A stretch of DNA of 64,000 nt from Octopus vulgaris (Eukaryota): the NCBI GenBank assembly GCA_951406725.2, contig OX597821.1, forward strand, positions 51,212,001 through 51,276,000, written 5' to 3'. The first letter of the stretch is position 1; every line of letters begins with the position of its first letter. The translations under genes and the position numbers were made by a program. The notes beneath the pieces are model-generated. The model was not told where the DNA came from, made no database searches, and saw only the letters and a program-made list of their open reading frames with translations. Positions 25,150 to 37,357 of this stretch are shown here, piece by piece.

Positions 25150-26659
25150 GTGTGTGTGTGTTTCAACACTTGACTGCTTTCCCTGCAATCTTCTCCCAGA
25201 ATAGTTTCTTGGGCACCATCCAGAAACATATTTGTACTTTATTGCCTGTACTTTATTACCTTTAGCCAAGCTCCTTTGACCCAAGTTTTGTACTTTTCAA
25301 CGTAGTTATTTTTTTTCTATTTTTTCCGACTTAATATTCCTAACGTTAGCTGTGATTGTTTGCCTTCCTTCAACACCTTTTGACGCCTATAGATGTCAAG
25401 AAGCTATGTTTTCCGTGCGAAATTCCATATCTGGTCCAAATTGTCTTGATCCAATCGTAGCTCAAATCCGTAGTTATACACTCTTGAGCTAATGTCACTG
25501 CAACTGTACTATTTAGTGTTTAATTTTTTTTTCCTATAGCAACTCTTCTTCTTCTTCTTCTTCTTCTTCTTCTTCTTCTTCTTCTTCTTCTTCTTCTTCT
25601 TCAATTTCGTTCCTTCATTCATTCAAACATTTTAGTTCCATTTTAGATTACCTTGCAAACCTTTTGCTGTACATCCGACTCCAAAAGTTAAGAGTGTCAA
25701 CCTGCTTTTTCTATAAAGGCAACTATTTTGTAAACTAAGCTCCCATTTCACTCTCTATGCTCCACCCATAAATTGATTCTAAACATATAGTTAATAGCTA
25801 ACATTAAAGAATTTTGCTATCTGACGAATCCAGTACGTGACGAAACTCACTGTTCACAGTCAACCGTTTTCCTTGTAAAAATATATATTACAGAGCTTTT
25901 GTTTTTGTTGTAGTATAAAAATATGAGTACTTAATGCACCCTTGTAAATAATATTATAAATATTATGTTAGATGAACTGGGGATATTAATCAGGACCAAA
26001 GTTTCCGGTGATCGCATCTGAGATAGATAGTACATGTTTAGTTGGTTGTAAAAAATTTCATGGAATATATGTTGCCAACGTAAGTACTGAAAGCGATATA
26101 AACCCGAAGTAAATCGTTAAGCCTCCTTGAAATTTTTAGAAGAAGCAACATACTGATAAGTTCCAACTGCTGTATATACTGGCGAAATATAATAAACACC
26201 GGTGGAAAATTTCCTATAATTTAGAGTGGCGAACAAATTTTACATTCTCTGTTCTAAATTTTAACATGTTTATTGACATTTCTATTCTGCTTATGCTGCA
26301 TAGATATTGCCAGACTTACCATTAGCTGCAGTGAATCAATGATTGACCTGTTTGAAATTTGTCAGTGACGAAAATTTTGATATGCTGTAACAGGCAAGAT
26401 GAATAGAGTTGTAAAAATTATGAGTAGTAAGCAAAGCAAATACAGTGAAAGACATTACGCAGCGGTCCTAGCGGTACTATAATGTGCGTGATATAGTATT
26501 TAAGTGTAATTGCGACAAAATAAGGTGTGCAACAAAATATTACAATGTCATTGTGACTCAAGATTGTGTGTTATCTAGTAATAGATTGCACTTGTGGCAT
26601 AGCATGGTGAGTGACATAAATGTAGCAGAACGATAATGTATTTTTCACATCTCTTTTAT

Positions 26660-26970
26660 CTGTTTATCTTTTAATTGTCTCTGTCATTGGACAGCAGCCA
26701 TGCTGGGACACCGCCTTGAAGGGTTCAAACGAGCAAATCGACCCCCAGGACTTATTTTTGTCAAGTCTGATATTTATTCTTTTGCTTTTTTTTATTCCGA
26801 ACCCCTTAGCTACGAGGAGGTAAGCAAACGAACTCTGGTTCTCATGCGGTGTAATGGTTAACCAGAAACACAAAAACACATACCTGTGCACATTTCCAAA
26901 GTGCTGCGCAGTGGGACTGAACCCCAAAGCATAGTTGCAAAGCGAGCTTCTTAATCACGCAGCCATACGT
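26660..26970 (-). mobile_element. SINE family B (degenerate)
   Basis: gccatgctgggacaccgccttgaagg...atcgacccccaggacttatt...gcagtgggactgaacccc...ttcttaatcacgcagcc. Confidence 0.7.
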
Positions 26971-27371
26971 TCGTGTATATGTCAAATTTGGAAGGCACAG
27001 TAGACTTCTTTGCTAGAACGCAATCCGTAAATGTCCATAACAACGAACACAACAAAATATTTCGCCTATATGCTAAAAATGTTGTCAAATAATATTTCCC
27101 AAGAATTCGAGGTGAAGTTAATCGATTAAAATAACTCTCTTATTTCATCGATTTTATCGATGAAAGTCATGTTGAAATTCGTTGGATTTGAACGCCGAGC
27201 CTTATCCATTTCTCTCATGATTTTGCCAATCCACCATACCTACTCTGATATGGGGTAGCTTCGATACTATAAAACCTTCAATACGTAACTGGTGTTTATG
27301 TTATTCACTGCTGTATAAAAAGGATACAGTGAGTATACAGTTGTTCATACTTCTAATAAAAAAACAATAGT

Positions 27372-27610
27372 AAGTAAAGTTCTTCCCTGAGTCATATAGA
27401 CTCCTTAGAGAGGGTTTCTCGGTTTCCGTGGTGTATATATCCCCCATCTTGACGGGACGCCGGTCCGTCGCAGGATTACTTATTTTTGCCAGCTTAGTGG
27501 ACTGGAACAACGTGAAATGAATTGCTTTGCTCAACAACACAACGCATCGCCTGGTCCAGGAATCGAAAGCACAATCTTACGATCATGAGTCCAGCACACT
27601 AAGCCACATG
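27372..27610 (-). mobile_element. SINE related to family C with a different 3' tail
   Basis: gacgggacgccggtccgtcgcagg...ttttgccagcttagtggactgg...gaatcgaaagcacaatcttacgatc shares its head and central part with 53505-53625. Confidence 0.65.
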
Positions 27611-27889
27611 ATAAAAGACAATGGTCACACTTCAAATGATAATTATGCTCGCTTTGGATTGTGCTCTGACTAATATATATAACCATAAATAAGAGATATC
27701 TCTCGCACAGTGGTATAATAAATGAAATAGATCTCAGTCGTTTTCGACGATGTGTTCTTTTAATTGAGTTACTAACTCATAGGATGGTAGAATTGTTACA
27801 GCGTCGAGCAAAACACATTGCAGTATTTGGTTACAAATGCATGTATAAATCAATGTATATCTATATATTTAACCATCAGTTCAAATACC

Positions 27890-28120
27890 TATTTCTTTAC
27901 TACCCACAAGGGGCTAAACACAGACAGGACAAACAAGGACAGACAAACGGATTAAGTCGATTATGTCGCTCCCAGTGCGTAACTGGTACTTATTTAATCG
28001 ACCCCGAAAGGATGAAAGGCAAAGTCGACCTCGGCGGAATTTGAACTCAGAAAGTAACGGCAGGCGAATTACTGCAAAGCATTTCACCCGGCGTGCTAAG
28101 TTTCTGCCAGCTCGCTGCCT
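27890..28120 (-). mobile_element. SINE family A, young copy nested in an older family A copy
   Basis: Close reverse-complement match to 60622-60854; older SINE halves at about 27782-27829 and 28121-28250; agttcaaatacc duplicated at 27878-27889 and 28126-28137. Confidence 0.85.
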
Positions 28121-28676
28121 TTCAGAGTTCAAATACCGATGAGGTAAACATTACCTTTCAATCTTCCGGGTTGATAAAATAAAGTACCAGTCAAATGCAA
28201 GGATCAATACAATCGACTAGTTCCTTATTTCAAAAATTTTTGGTATCGTGTCTTTTATCGTGCTGCAAAAGTTGGGCTTACCTTGATTACACTTTTTTAA
28301 GTAGGGAGATGAAGCTGGGATCGAGCACATTTAATGTTTAGAATTGACATGGTAAACCAGGCGTTTGCGCGTGTATTTTTTTCTAAATTACCTTTGGTTG
28401 TCTTATTAATGAAGAAATTTTCTTGTTAAAATTTTCTTCCTATGTCTTTTATTTTTCTTCAGCTCTTTTTGCTTGAATATCTCTCTGTCAACTTCAATTG
28501 CGATTCATATAATAACTTTTTAAATGTTTAAACTTGCTGTTAATTTCCACTTCATCACTTCTCTAATATAAAAGATTTGAATTATTTGCATCAAATATTT
28601 CTATTTCTTCATAACATTTTATTATTTCAAGTGGTTTCTCACTGCTGCCAGATAATTTAATGCAATGCCAAAGGGC

Positions 28677-28721
28677 TTGCTACTGATGAGACACGAAATA
28701 TCGAAACAGCTCTCTCAGCAA
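28677..28721 (+). ncRNA. Minimal type I hammerhead-like motif, cleavage triplet apparently mutated
   Basis: TTGCTA-CTGATGA-GACA-CGAAA-TATC-GAAAC-AGCT-CTC-TC-AGCAA; canonical core, stem III would be ACAGCTGT if CTC was GTC. Confidence 0.55.
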
Positions 28722-28923
28722 ATATGAAAGGATTAAATATTTTATTTGAAAATAATTTAAATATTTATGAAAAATACCGAGTTCTAGTTAATGTACACGG
28801 GGGAAAATAAATTTCGATCAAGATTTCCATACTAAAAGTAAACCGGTGAACAAAGAATTTTATATCCCTATGTATACATGTGTGTGTACGTGCGTGTATG
28901 TGCGTGTCCGTGTGTGTATTGTG

Positions 28924-28979
<56 letters not shown>

Positions 28980-29224
28980 TTGAATACGATCCAAGGGTCT
29001 AAGTGTAGGAAGTTAATAAGCTTCGAGGATATATGTTGTTACAATAGATGACAAAAGGTGGATAAAACGAGACGAAGAGCAAAAAAAAAAAAATACTCTC
29101 CCTGTGACAATGTAAAAATCCTGTAGGTAATAGGACCTAAAAGTTACCTAAGTTGTATGTTACAAGTTGTGTACCAAGCATTAAATGCAGCACTAATCAA
29201 GGCATTTATTTAATCCCTATTTCC

Positions 29225-29800
29225 CCACACGAAGTAATCCATGGATTACAATCGAGAGTATTAAGAGATCAGAAACCGTAGGAATTTACCGACAACCACT
29301 CCTGACTCTTTTCGAAAGTATGGCAAGGAGCAGAATCTTCCTGCCACACATATGACCTTCCAGTAGCAATCCTCTTCAATAAGGGATTGACCACAGTCTC
29401 CAGTAGCTTCACATAACCTGTCTGAATTGAACCTAAGATCCTGTTCATAGTGTTGGAGATTTCGGCGTGTGGACGCAGTAGGCGTCCCTTCCTGCTGACC
29501 ACGGATTTGTAGTCTCAGTTCACCTGCCCATACAGTCTTGGCAGTGTTCACAGAGCCTTGAGTGGCAGACATGATGTCGTCACTTCGATATCTGGCGCAA
29601 ACCGTCATGATCCAGGTAACTCTTTTCCAATATTCAGAATGGCTTCCAGTGTTCCATGTTAGCTAAGGTTTTCTTAACTACAACTTTAAACTTTATGCTC
29701 TCCAACGCCGTGGATAGTTCACCAATACATCAAACTGCTCCTGAGAAAAAAAAAACGAGACGTTAAAAACATCGTCAAATTTTGCCCGAACACTGTGTAG
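29225..29800 (-). mobile_element. Tc1/mariner-superfamily transposase relic (possibly DD37D/maT-like)
   Basis: YVKLLETVVNPLLKRIATGRSYVWQEDSAPCHTFEKSQEWLS...DCNP..YFVWG resembles the QQD.AP.H...Q.WL...SPD.NP.DY.VW catalytic segment; possible terminus at 29777-29799. Confidence 0.65.
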
Positions 29801-29806
29801 TTATGC

Positions 29807-29843
<37 letters not shown>

Positions 29844-29844
<1 letters not shown>

Positions 29845-30033
29845 GTTTCAAATTTTAGCAGAGGACCAGCAATTTTAGGGGAGGGGTAAGTATTCGACAG
29901 GCATTTAACTTATCGATCCCGAAGGGATGAAAGGCAAAGTCGATCTCGGCAGAATTTGAACCCACAACTTGAAGACGGATGAAATGCCGCTGAACATTTT
30001 GCCCGGTGTGCTAACGATTTTGCTAGCTCGCCT
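29844..30033 (-). mobile_element. SINE family A
   Basis: ttatcgatcccgaagggatgaaaggcaaagtcgatctcggcagaatttgaac...tgctaacgattttgctagctcgcc. Confidence 0.8.
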
Positions 30034-30089
30034 TACATAGGCACATCATACATACGTACGTACACATATGCAAACATAGATATGTGTGT

Positions 30090-30142
<53 letters not shown>

Positions 30143-31240
30143 TGTTTGTATTAAATAAAGCGGCAAAATGACAGTGGAGTAATTATAGCGAAAGACAGAA
30201 TATATCTTGTGTTTGCTCTAGCGGTATACACTCCATGTTCAGGTACCGCTGGGCACAATATTTCAGTATTATCTTTCTTCCTGGTGGACTTCTACAAGAT
30301 CCTTCGCAAGATCTCCTCCGGCTTTTTGTATTCGTAATTTAAATTTAACCGAGGTACTAATCATTTGATCAACAGGACACTCTGACAGATGGCATTACGT
30401 AATCAGCATAGATAAGCGGGTATTGGCGTGCTTAGTCAGTGTTTCGACAGTGGCTGAACGAATGGAAATATATACAGTTTGGCGAATGTTTTCTAATTAC
30501 AAACAGAGAGGGAGTAGGGAAGGGCCGGCGAAGTAAGGACATTGAACTGAATAAAATAGAAGATCCAGCATCAAAGGTCGTAAATTCTAGATTGTTCGAA
30601 ATAATGTTAGCGCCGATGCTGATGTTGTTAATGATGATGATGATGTCGGTGGTGATGTTGGTGGTGACGACAACAAGGATGAAGACAGTAGTGGTGGTGG
30701 TCCTCATTCTGGCTATGATGATGCCCGCGATGAAGATAGTAATGATGAGGATGATGATAATAATAATTATGATGATGGTGGTGGTGGTGGTGGTGGTGGT
30801 GATGATGATGATGATGATGATGGTAGTAATAATGGTGGTGTCAGTGGTAATGTAGGTACTGAACTTGAACTGTATGGGGTCAGTGTTCAAAATCATGATT
30901 GCAGTATGTGTGTCAGAGAGAGGGAGAGAGAGAGAAATAAATAAAGAGGTGAGAGAGATTAGAGAGAATCGTTATATCGGTAATAAGACAAAATAAATTA
31001 AATGGCGATAGATAAATAGAGAGAGATACACACAAAGAGAAATATTCTTTTCTACTCTAGGCACAAGGCCCGAACACAAACAAGACTATTGATGGATAAA
31101 TAGGTAGCTAAGTAAACAGATATACAAACACATCGATTAACATATATAAAATATGGAGATAAATACAAACTCATACACCTGAATAAATAGACATATAAGT
31201 AACTAGATAAACTAATATATCTGAAGGCAGAAAGATATAT

Positions 31241-31288
<48 letters not shown>

Positions 31289-31291
<3 letters not shown>

Positions 31292-31478
31292 TTCACCAAA
31301 AATTTGGATTTAAATGAATACGGTACTTAATTTAGATGCATCAGAATTCTGTATGGTGTTATCCATAAAAATCCGTGGGGTGATTATAATCAAAATAAGC
31401 AACAAGAATGACTCCGTTAATTTGGTACGATCGTTTCGTACTACATCATTTTATTAAATGTTGTAAGTATTACAACAG

Positions 31479-31485
<7 letters not shown>
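31289..31485 (-). mobile_element. (TA)n-flanked short element, same family as 35373-35545, with HHR-like half
   Basis: 31289-31400 aligns with the reverse complement of 35420-35543; minus strand has ATGATGTAGTAC-GAAAC-GATC-GTA at 31426-31449. Confidence 0.55.
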
Positions 31486-31528
<43 letters not shown>

Positions 31529-31604
31529 CATACATATATATGTGTGAGTGTAAGTATATGTATATCTTTCTGTATATAGATAGATAGTTAGATATATAGG
31601 TATC

Positions 31605-31975
31605 TTCTACTTGTTTCAGTCATTAGACTACGGCCATGGAGGGGTACCACCTTGGAAAAACTTTTAGTCGATAGGATCGACCCCAGTACTCGTTCAATCC
31701 GTATCTTTTGGTGGACGGCTAAATCACAGGGACGTAAACACACTAACACCGGTTGTCAAGTAGTGGTGACGGATAAGCACAGACAGACACACTCAAACAC
31801 ACGTATACAGCTGGCTACTTTTAGTTTTTAAATACGAAATCTACTCCCTAGACTTTGGTCGGCCCAGGGCTATTGTAGAAGACGTGAAGACATTTGTCCA
31901 AGTTGTCACAAAACGGGTCTGAAACCAAAACCATGTGGTTGGGAAGCAAATTTCATACCACACGCACACGCCTGC
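31605..31975 (-). mobile_element. SINE family B (older)
   Basis: cttgtttcagtcattagactacggccatg...ggacgtaaacacactaacaccggttgtcaag...ccatgtggttgggaagc...cacgcctgcgc. Confidence 0.75.
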
Positions 31976-31983
31976 GCTAAACC

Positions 31984-32015
<32 letters not shown>

Positions 32016-32018
<3 letters not shown>

Positions 32019-32425
32019 CGCAGGAGTGACTATATGGTAAGTATCTTGTTTACCAGCCACATGGTTCCGGGTTCAGTCCCGCTGCGTGGCACCTTGGGCA
32101 ATTGTCTTCTTCTATAGCCTCGGGCCTACCAAAGCCTTGTGAGTGGATTTGGTAGACGGAAACTGAAAGAAGCCCGTCGTATATATGTATATATACATAT
32201 ATGCGTGTGTGTGTTTGTGTGTCTGTGTTTGTCCCCCTAGCATTGCTTGACAACCGATGCTGGTGTGTTTATGTCCCCGTCACTTAGCGGTTCGGCAAAA
32301 GAGACCGATAGAATAAGTACTGGGCTTACAAAAGAATAAGTCCCGGGGTCGAGTTGCTCGACTAAAGGCGGTACTCCAGCATGGCCGCAGTCAAATGACT
32401 GAAACAAGTAAAAGAGTAAAGAGTA
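32016..32425 (+). mobile_element. SINE family B, full length
   Basis: tRNA-like head with B box gggttcagtcccgc, accttgggcaa segment, internal TA/TG microsatellite, tail aagtaaaagagtaaagag. Confidence 0.85.
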
Positions 32426-32445
32426 TATACAGAGAGAGAGAGTGG

Positions 32446-32536
<91 letters not shown>

Positions 32537-33156
32537 GGATGGATCAAGATGTGTTGCTATGTGTGTACATTAATGATAAAAATGTACTTAGTTACACAAT
32601 TGTAGAAAGTAATAACAAGTACAAATTAAATACATGCACTCCACCAGAGGAGTCGCAGTTTCATAAATGGTTGTACTTGATGTAGGTGTTGAGGAGTTAT
32701 TGATGCTGGTATTATGGTTACTTTTGTTCTAATTCCTCTTGTTATTGTTTATATCGATAGTTTGAATCGGCAGCTCAAACTTAAAAGAACAGGCATGTAA
32801 TTAAATACACGCCATCCTTGACCATCCACAATGGCTTCCAAATTCTTTTGTGTTTTCCCTAACATTATTTTAATTCCTTTTCAAGGCAGTTAACACGAAA
32901 TTCTGGTTATATTTGACTGGTATTACTAGCAAGTTAAGCGATGAGATCCAGGTACAGGTTCCCTCGTTGTAACGATATGTACTTCGCTGTTATGTTGTAG
33001 TTGTTCTTATTGTTGTTGCTGTTGTGATAAACAAAAGTAGCGACACCTACACTGAACTGATAGAATGATAGAGACAGTGAAAAATAAGAGTGGCAGGTGG
33101 AGGATTATATGACTTGATGGCGAGAGGGTGTCAGTCAGTGTTGGCAGAAGATATGA

Positions 33157-33194
<38 letters not shown>

Positions 33195-33227
33195 TTTATT
33201 TTAAGCAGCAGAAAAATTCAACAAAAT

Positions 33228-33265
33228 CTGTTACTCTGAGTTTCTCGTTGCCGTTCATCAGACAG
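33228..33265 (-). ncRNA. Minimal type I hammerhead ribozyme (copy 1)
   Basis: Exact reverse complement of 34651-34688. Confidence 0.75.
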
Positions 33266-34399
33266 TTTTTGTTAGAATGGAACTGATATATCAATTCAAT
33301 CTATACTCTTACAAACGCTACACCTTTAAAAAGAAATGGACTTGTTTGATTGGCCCTTTAGAAAAAACGGTCAATCTTCGAGCGATAAACAAAAAGGTCA
33401 AAGATATATGTATATATATATAAAAAACTTATAAAAATTATATATAAAAACTTATAAAAATTATAAAATCCGAGGAAGAACCATTGACGTTAATGAAGAC
33501 AGTGCAAATTAATGCATAGAAATTAAGCCTGTTATAAATACTGCAATACATATTTATATTAAAATCTACATATATATATCAACATACACAAAAGGATGCG
33601 CGTAAACGCCATACATACATATACAGACGTATGAATATGAATTTAAATATACACATAAAAGCATGTGTACATATATTCACGCAAACCGTCTCGCACGCAA
33701 GCTAAAATTCATCTATGTAGCAATTCTCATATACTGGGCAAGGAGGGGGAACGAAAGAAAGGGAGAGAGAGAAAAAAGAAACGAAGGAGGGGTGGGGGAA
33801 AAAACGAAATAAGCAGTGTAACGATGTTATTGGCATCTATAGAGGCCAGTATACATACACAAGTTTGAATGGATACATATACATACCGTCGTGTATATGT
33901 GTGCTTAAGCACAAACATACTTTCACTTACACATACACAGATACGTATGCTTACAAATACATATGCTTTGCTATACACATACTTATATAAACATTCTAAT
34001 TTTGACAACATTGCTTTTTTTAAAAAACATTGCTTTTAAAAATGGGTGCATTAATAAAAATATATACGAAAGACATATAAAATAAAATATAACATCCTAT
34101 TTTGGGTCATTTATAAATAATCAAGGTAATATAAATAATCAAGGTAATCCTATGCAATACAATAACATGAAAACAAAGTTTGTAGGTTTTTCCTAATATA
34201 TATGTAGAAACATAAGACTTTGCTATACGGATTAAGATCCACGTAGCTTGGAAACAGAATCCAAATTCATCGTAGCACTCAAGAGTCAAAATCAAAATCA
34301 AAAATCAAAAATACAAAATATATACTCTATCCATATGGTATGATTGATTGATTGATTCCAGTTTCAGCTTATGAGCTGTGGCCATGCTGGGGCACCGCC

Positions 34400-34630
34400 A
34401 TTTATTTATATTCGACATTTTAAATTTAGCCGCGTGCCTACATAAGTTCATTAACTCACTTCTTTGATTCAAAGAATTATTGTCTTTGAATAAGATATAC
34501 ATTTTCTCTAATAAACAAAGTCTGCACTTGAAATTATTTTTGTAAGCTCCATGCCTGTATGGTGCCGCCCTGTCCAGAATGCTCCATGTCACGTTGAAAG
34601 GTGGGGCTTCCTTTTCTTTTAGTTCCCAGA
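34400..34630 (-). pseudogene. Penelope-like GIY-YIG endonuclease C-terminal fragment
   Basis: WELKEKEAPPFNVTWSILDRAAPY...CRLCLLEKMYIL...LNQRSELMNLCRHAAKF: W..K, W.I, CxLC..EK..I and LN.RSE....CRH pattern of PLE endonucleases. Confidence 0.8.
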
Positions 34631-34650
34631 CAGTTCCATTCTAACAAAAA

Positions 34651-34688
34651 CTGTCTGATGAACGGCAACGAGAAACTCAGAGTAACAG
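34651..34688 (+). ncRNA. Minimal type I hammerhead ribozyme (copy 2)
   Basis: CTGT-CTGATGA-A-CG-GCAA-CG-A-GAAAC-TCAGA-GTA-ACAG: stem I CTGT/ACAG, canonical core, 2-bp stem II with GNRA loop, near-palindromic stem III ACTC-A-GAGT, GUA site. Confidence 0.75.
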
Positions 34689-34790
34689 ATTTTGTTGAAT
34701 TTTCTGCTGCTTAAAATAAAGCATATTACTCTACCACTGGTATTTGAGTACTCTTTTTTCCACCTTGTTTCACATTTATGTGTTTACTCC

Positions 34791-34856
<66 letters not shown>

Positions 34857-34874
34857 TGTATGTATGTATGTACG

Positions 34875-34910
<36 letters not shown>

Positions 34911-35327
34911 GGTATAAAAATTATATATAAAGAAACAAGAACGTGAAATACACAAAGGGACGAACACAGAAAACAGACGGGTCATTCGAAGCCTTTAATC
35001 TTCAGTCAGAAACCGGATCATCAGAGCAAATTTCGGCTGATTAATTCTGATATTTGCTCCGAGGCGGCCAGCCCCAATGAAAAACTAAGCTGCGAGCATA
35101 GATTTCTTGGAAAAAGGGACGAATGTAAACGCAACAAGGACAGAAAAACGGATGAAGCGACACAAATATAAATACAAAGAATGAAAACAAAAATAAAAAT
35201 AAAAGCAAGAATGGTAATAACAGGATAACAGCAGGTGTCTTACGAATTTAGACAAATTGAGACAAACTTAACTTATCTAGCAGGCGTGTTTGGAAAAAAT
35301 TGCCTTTTCGGCAGACGGGGAACGATA

Positions 35328-35372
<45 letters not shown>

Positions 35373-35376
<4 letters not shown>

Positions 35377-35545
35377 AAATAAGCAACAAGGATATACAGA
35401 AGTAATGCATTACCTCTGAATATCCTTGTTGCTTATTTTGATTACAATCACCTTATTTTCAAATTTGTATGGATAATACCGTACTAAATTCTGGTGCCTC
35501 AACTTAAGTACCATATTCATCTGAATCTAAATTTTTGCTGAACTC
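35373..35545 (+). mobile_element. (TA)n-flanked short element beginning with a 70-bp palindrome
   Basis: 35373-35442 is self-complementary around gtaatgcattac; the remainder matches 31289-31400 inverted. Confidence 0.7.
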
Positions 35546-35833
35546 ACATATATATATATATATATATATGTATATACATATGTGTATGTATGTACGTATT
35601 TATATATATATATATACACATACATGCATACATACATATATACATGTATGTATGTACGTATATATTTACATACCCTGTACACACACATACAAAGACACAG
35701 ACACACATATATTTGTGTGGGGATTGGGACAAACACAGACATATATATATACATGTATACATATATGTGTATGCATATACACATATATATGTATACATGT
35801 ATATATATATGTCTGTGTGTGTCTGTGTTTTTG

Positions 35834-35864
<31 letters not shown>

Positions 35865-35982
35865 GTATATATATATGTGTGTATATATGTATGTATGTAT
35901 GTATATATATGTATGTGTGTGTGTGTCTGTTTGTGTATGTATATGTATATATCTATAGCTGTCTATCTCTCTCTCTCTCTCC

Positions 35983-36020
<38 letters not shown>

Positions 36021-36765
36021 CAATTTATATGTTTGTATGTATTGTATGTATGTATACAAGTGAACGCGCGCGCACGTGCACACACATATGATAGGTGGAT
36101 TAAAAAGTACGCATCGTGACCATGAGTTCTTGGTTTCAGTCCGACTGTTTGGCATCTTGGGCAAGTGTCATTTCTTCAGCCACTGGTCAACCCATAGCTT
36201 CTGGGTATAATTTGTTTGACGGGCACTGTAGAGAAACCTGTTTGATGTATTACTCCCGTAATTCCAAGGACATCTTTATCCTATGTTGTGTATTACTAAT
36301 TCTAACGTCAGAATTATGTTAAGACCAAATTGAACAGGTAATTCAGTTGGTCAAACAAATGAACGTCTATCATCGAAATCGATTAAGACTATCATATATG
36401 CACACGTGTGAGTATATAAGTGCAAAACAAGGTGGAAAAAATAGTACTCGAATACGAAAGGTAGAGTATTCATTACAACTCTCCCATGAACGGGAAGGTG
36501 AAACGCTGAGTAACAGTTCTTTGATAATTTGTCAGCTTTAATAAAATGTATATACATATATATATAAATATATATATATATATATGCAAACACAGACACA
36601 CATATACATACATACATGTGTGTGTATGAATGGATGTATTTATGTATATCTATATATTTATCTATCTATCTATCTATTCATATCATTTAGATATACATTA
36701 TGTCAGTATATCATATATCATACATATATATCTATATACCTATAAATGCATGTACGTATATATGC

Positions 36766-36803
<38 letters not shown>

Positions 36804-36805
<2 letters not shown>

Positions 36806-37025
36806 CAATAATAATTCTCTAAAAGGGATGACCGCGTGCGTACCGTTGGCGATTTTTTTCCTCTGTCTTCCCTTCTCTGGACATTCCTTCTCCTATGTTT
36901 CCGACGAAGAGCTCCGCTCGAAACGTTAAACCCTCGTTCTTTCCTTCTTTCCTGAGCGTCCAATAATACTATATTTGTTCCACGTCCTTGCGTTGTTGTG
37001 TTTTTTTGTGCTTTCTTGTTTGGAT

Positions 37026-37030
<5 letters not shown>
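36804..37030 (+). mobile_element. GAGC-stem HHR-like short element (CCGACGA subfamily)
   Basis: GTTT-CCGACGA-A-GAGC-TCC-GCTC-GAAAC-GTT-AAAC at 36897-36931; (TA)n on both sides; tail recurs at 38678-38740. Confidence 0.75.
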
Positions 37031-37068
<38 letters not shown>

Positions 37069-37070
<2 letters not shown>

Positions 37071-37280
37071 CGGGAAGCTTTATGAAAATAAACAAAAGAC
37101 GAAGGCAGGTGGAAAACAAACGAACAATTGTATTAGTATGGCGCTCAGGAAATATAAATAAAACAAGTCTTTAACGTTTCGAGCCTACGCTCTTCAACAG
37201 AAAGATACACAGAGAGAGAAAAACACAGAAAGAAGGAGAGAAAAAAAATGCGTGCAGTAGCTAACGAATCAACATGGCGA
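37069..37280 (-). mobile_element. GAGC-stem HHR-like short element
   Basis: Minus strand TCTTT-CTGTTGA-A-GAGC-GTAG-GCTC-GAAAC-GTT-AAAGA at 37205-37168; (TA)n on both sides. Confidence 0.75.
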
Positions 37281-37321
37281 TTATATATATATATATATAT
37301 GTGCAGACTCGCACACACACA

Positions 37322-37357
<36 letters not shown>

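Larger units (their letters stand above)
33194..34792 (-). mobile_element. 5'-truncated Penelope-like element with inverted pseudo-LTRs, in (TA)n
   Basis: About 91-bp inverted repeats 33194-33285 and 34631-34721, each carrying an HHR; GIY-YIG C-terminus between them; (TA)n at both outer ends. Confidence 0.8.

Noticed and set aside
32016-32100. tRNA genes at SINE heads (also 58715 and 60622)
   Set aside because: A/B-box-like motifs are present but I could not fold a cloverleaf, and they continue into SINE bodies.
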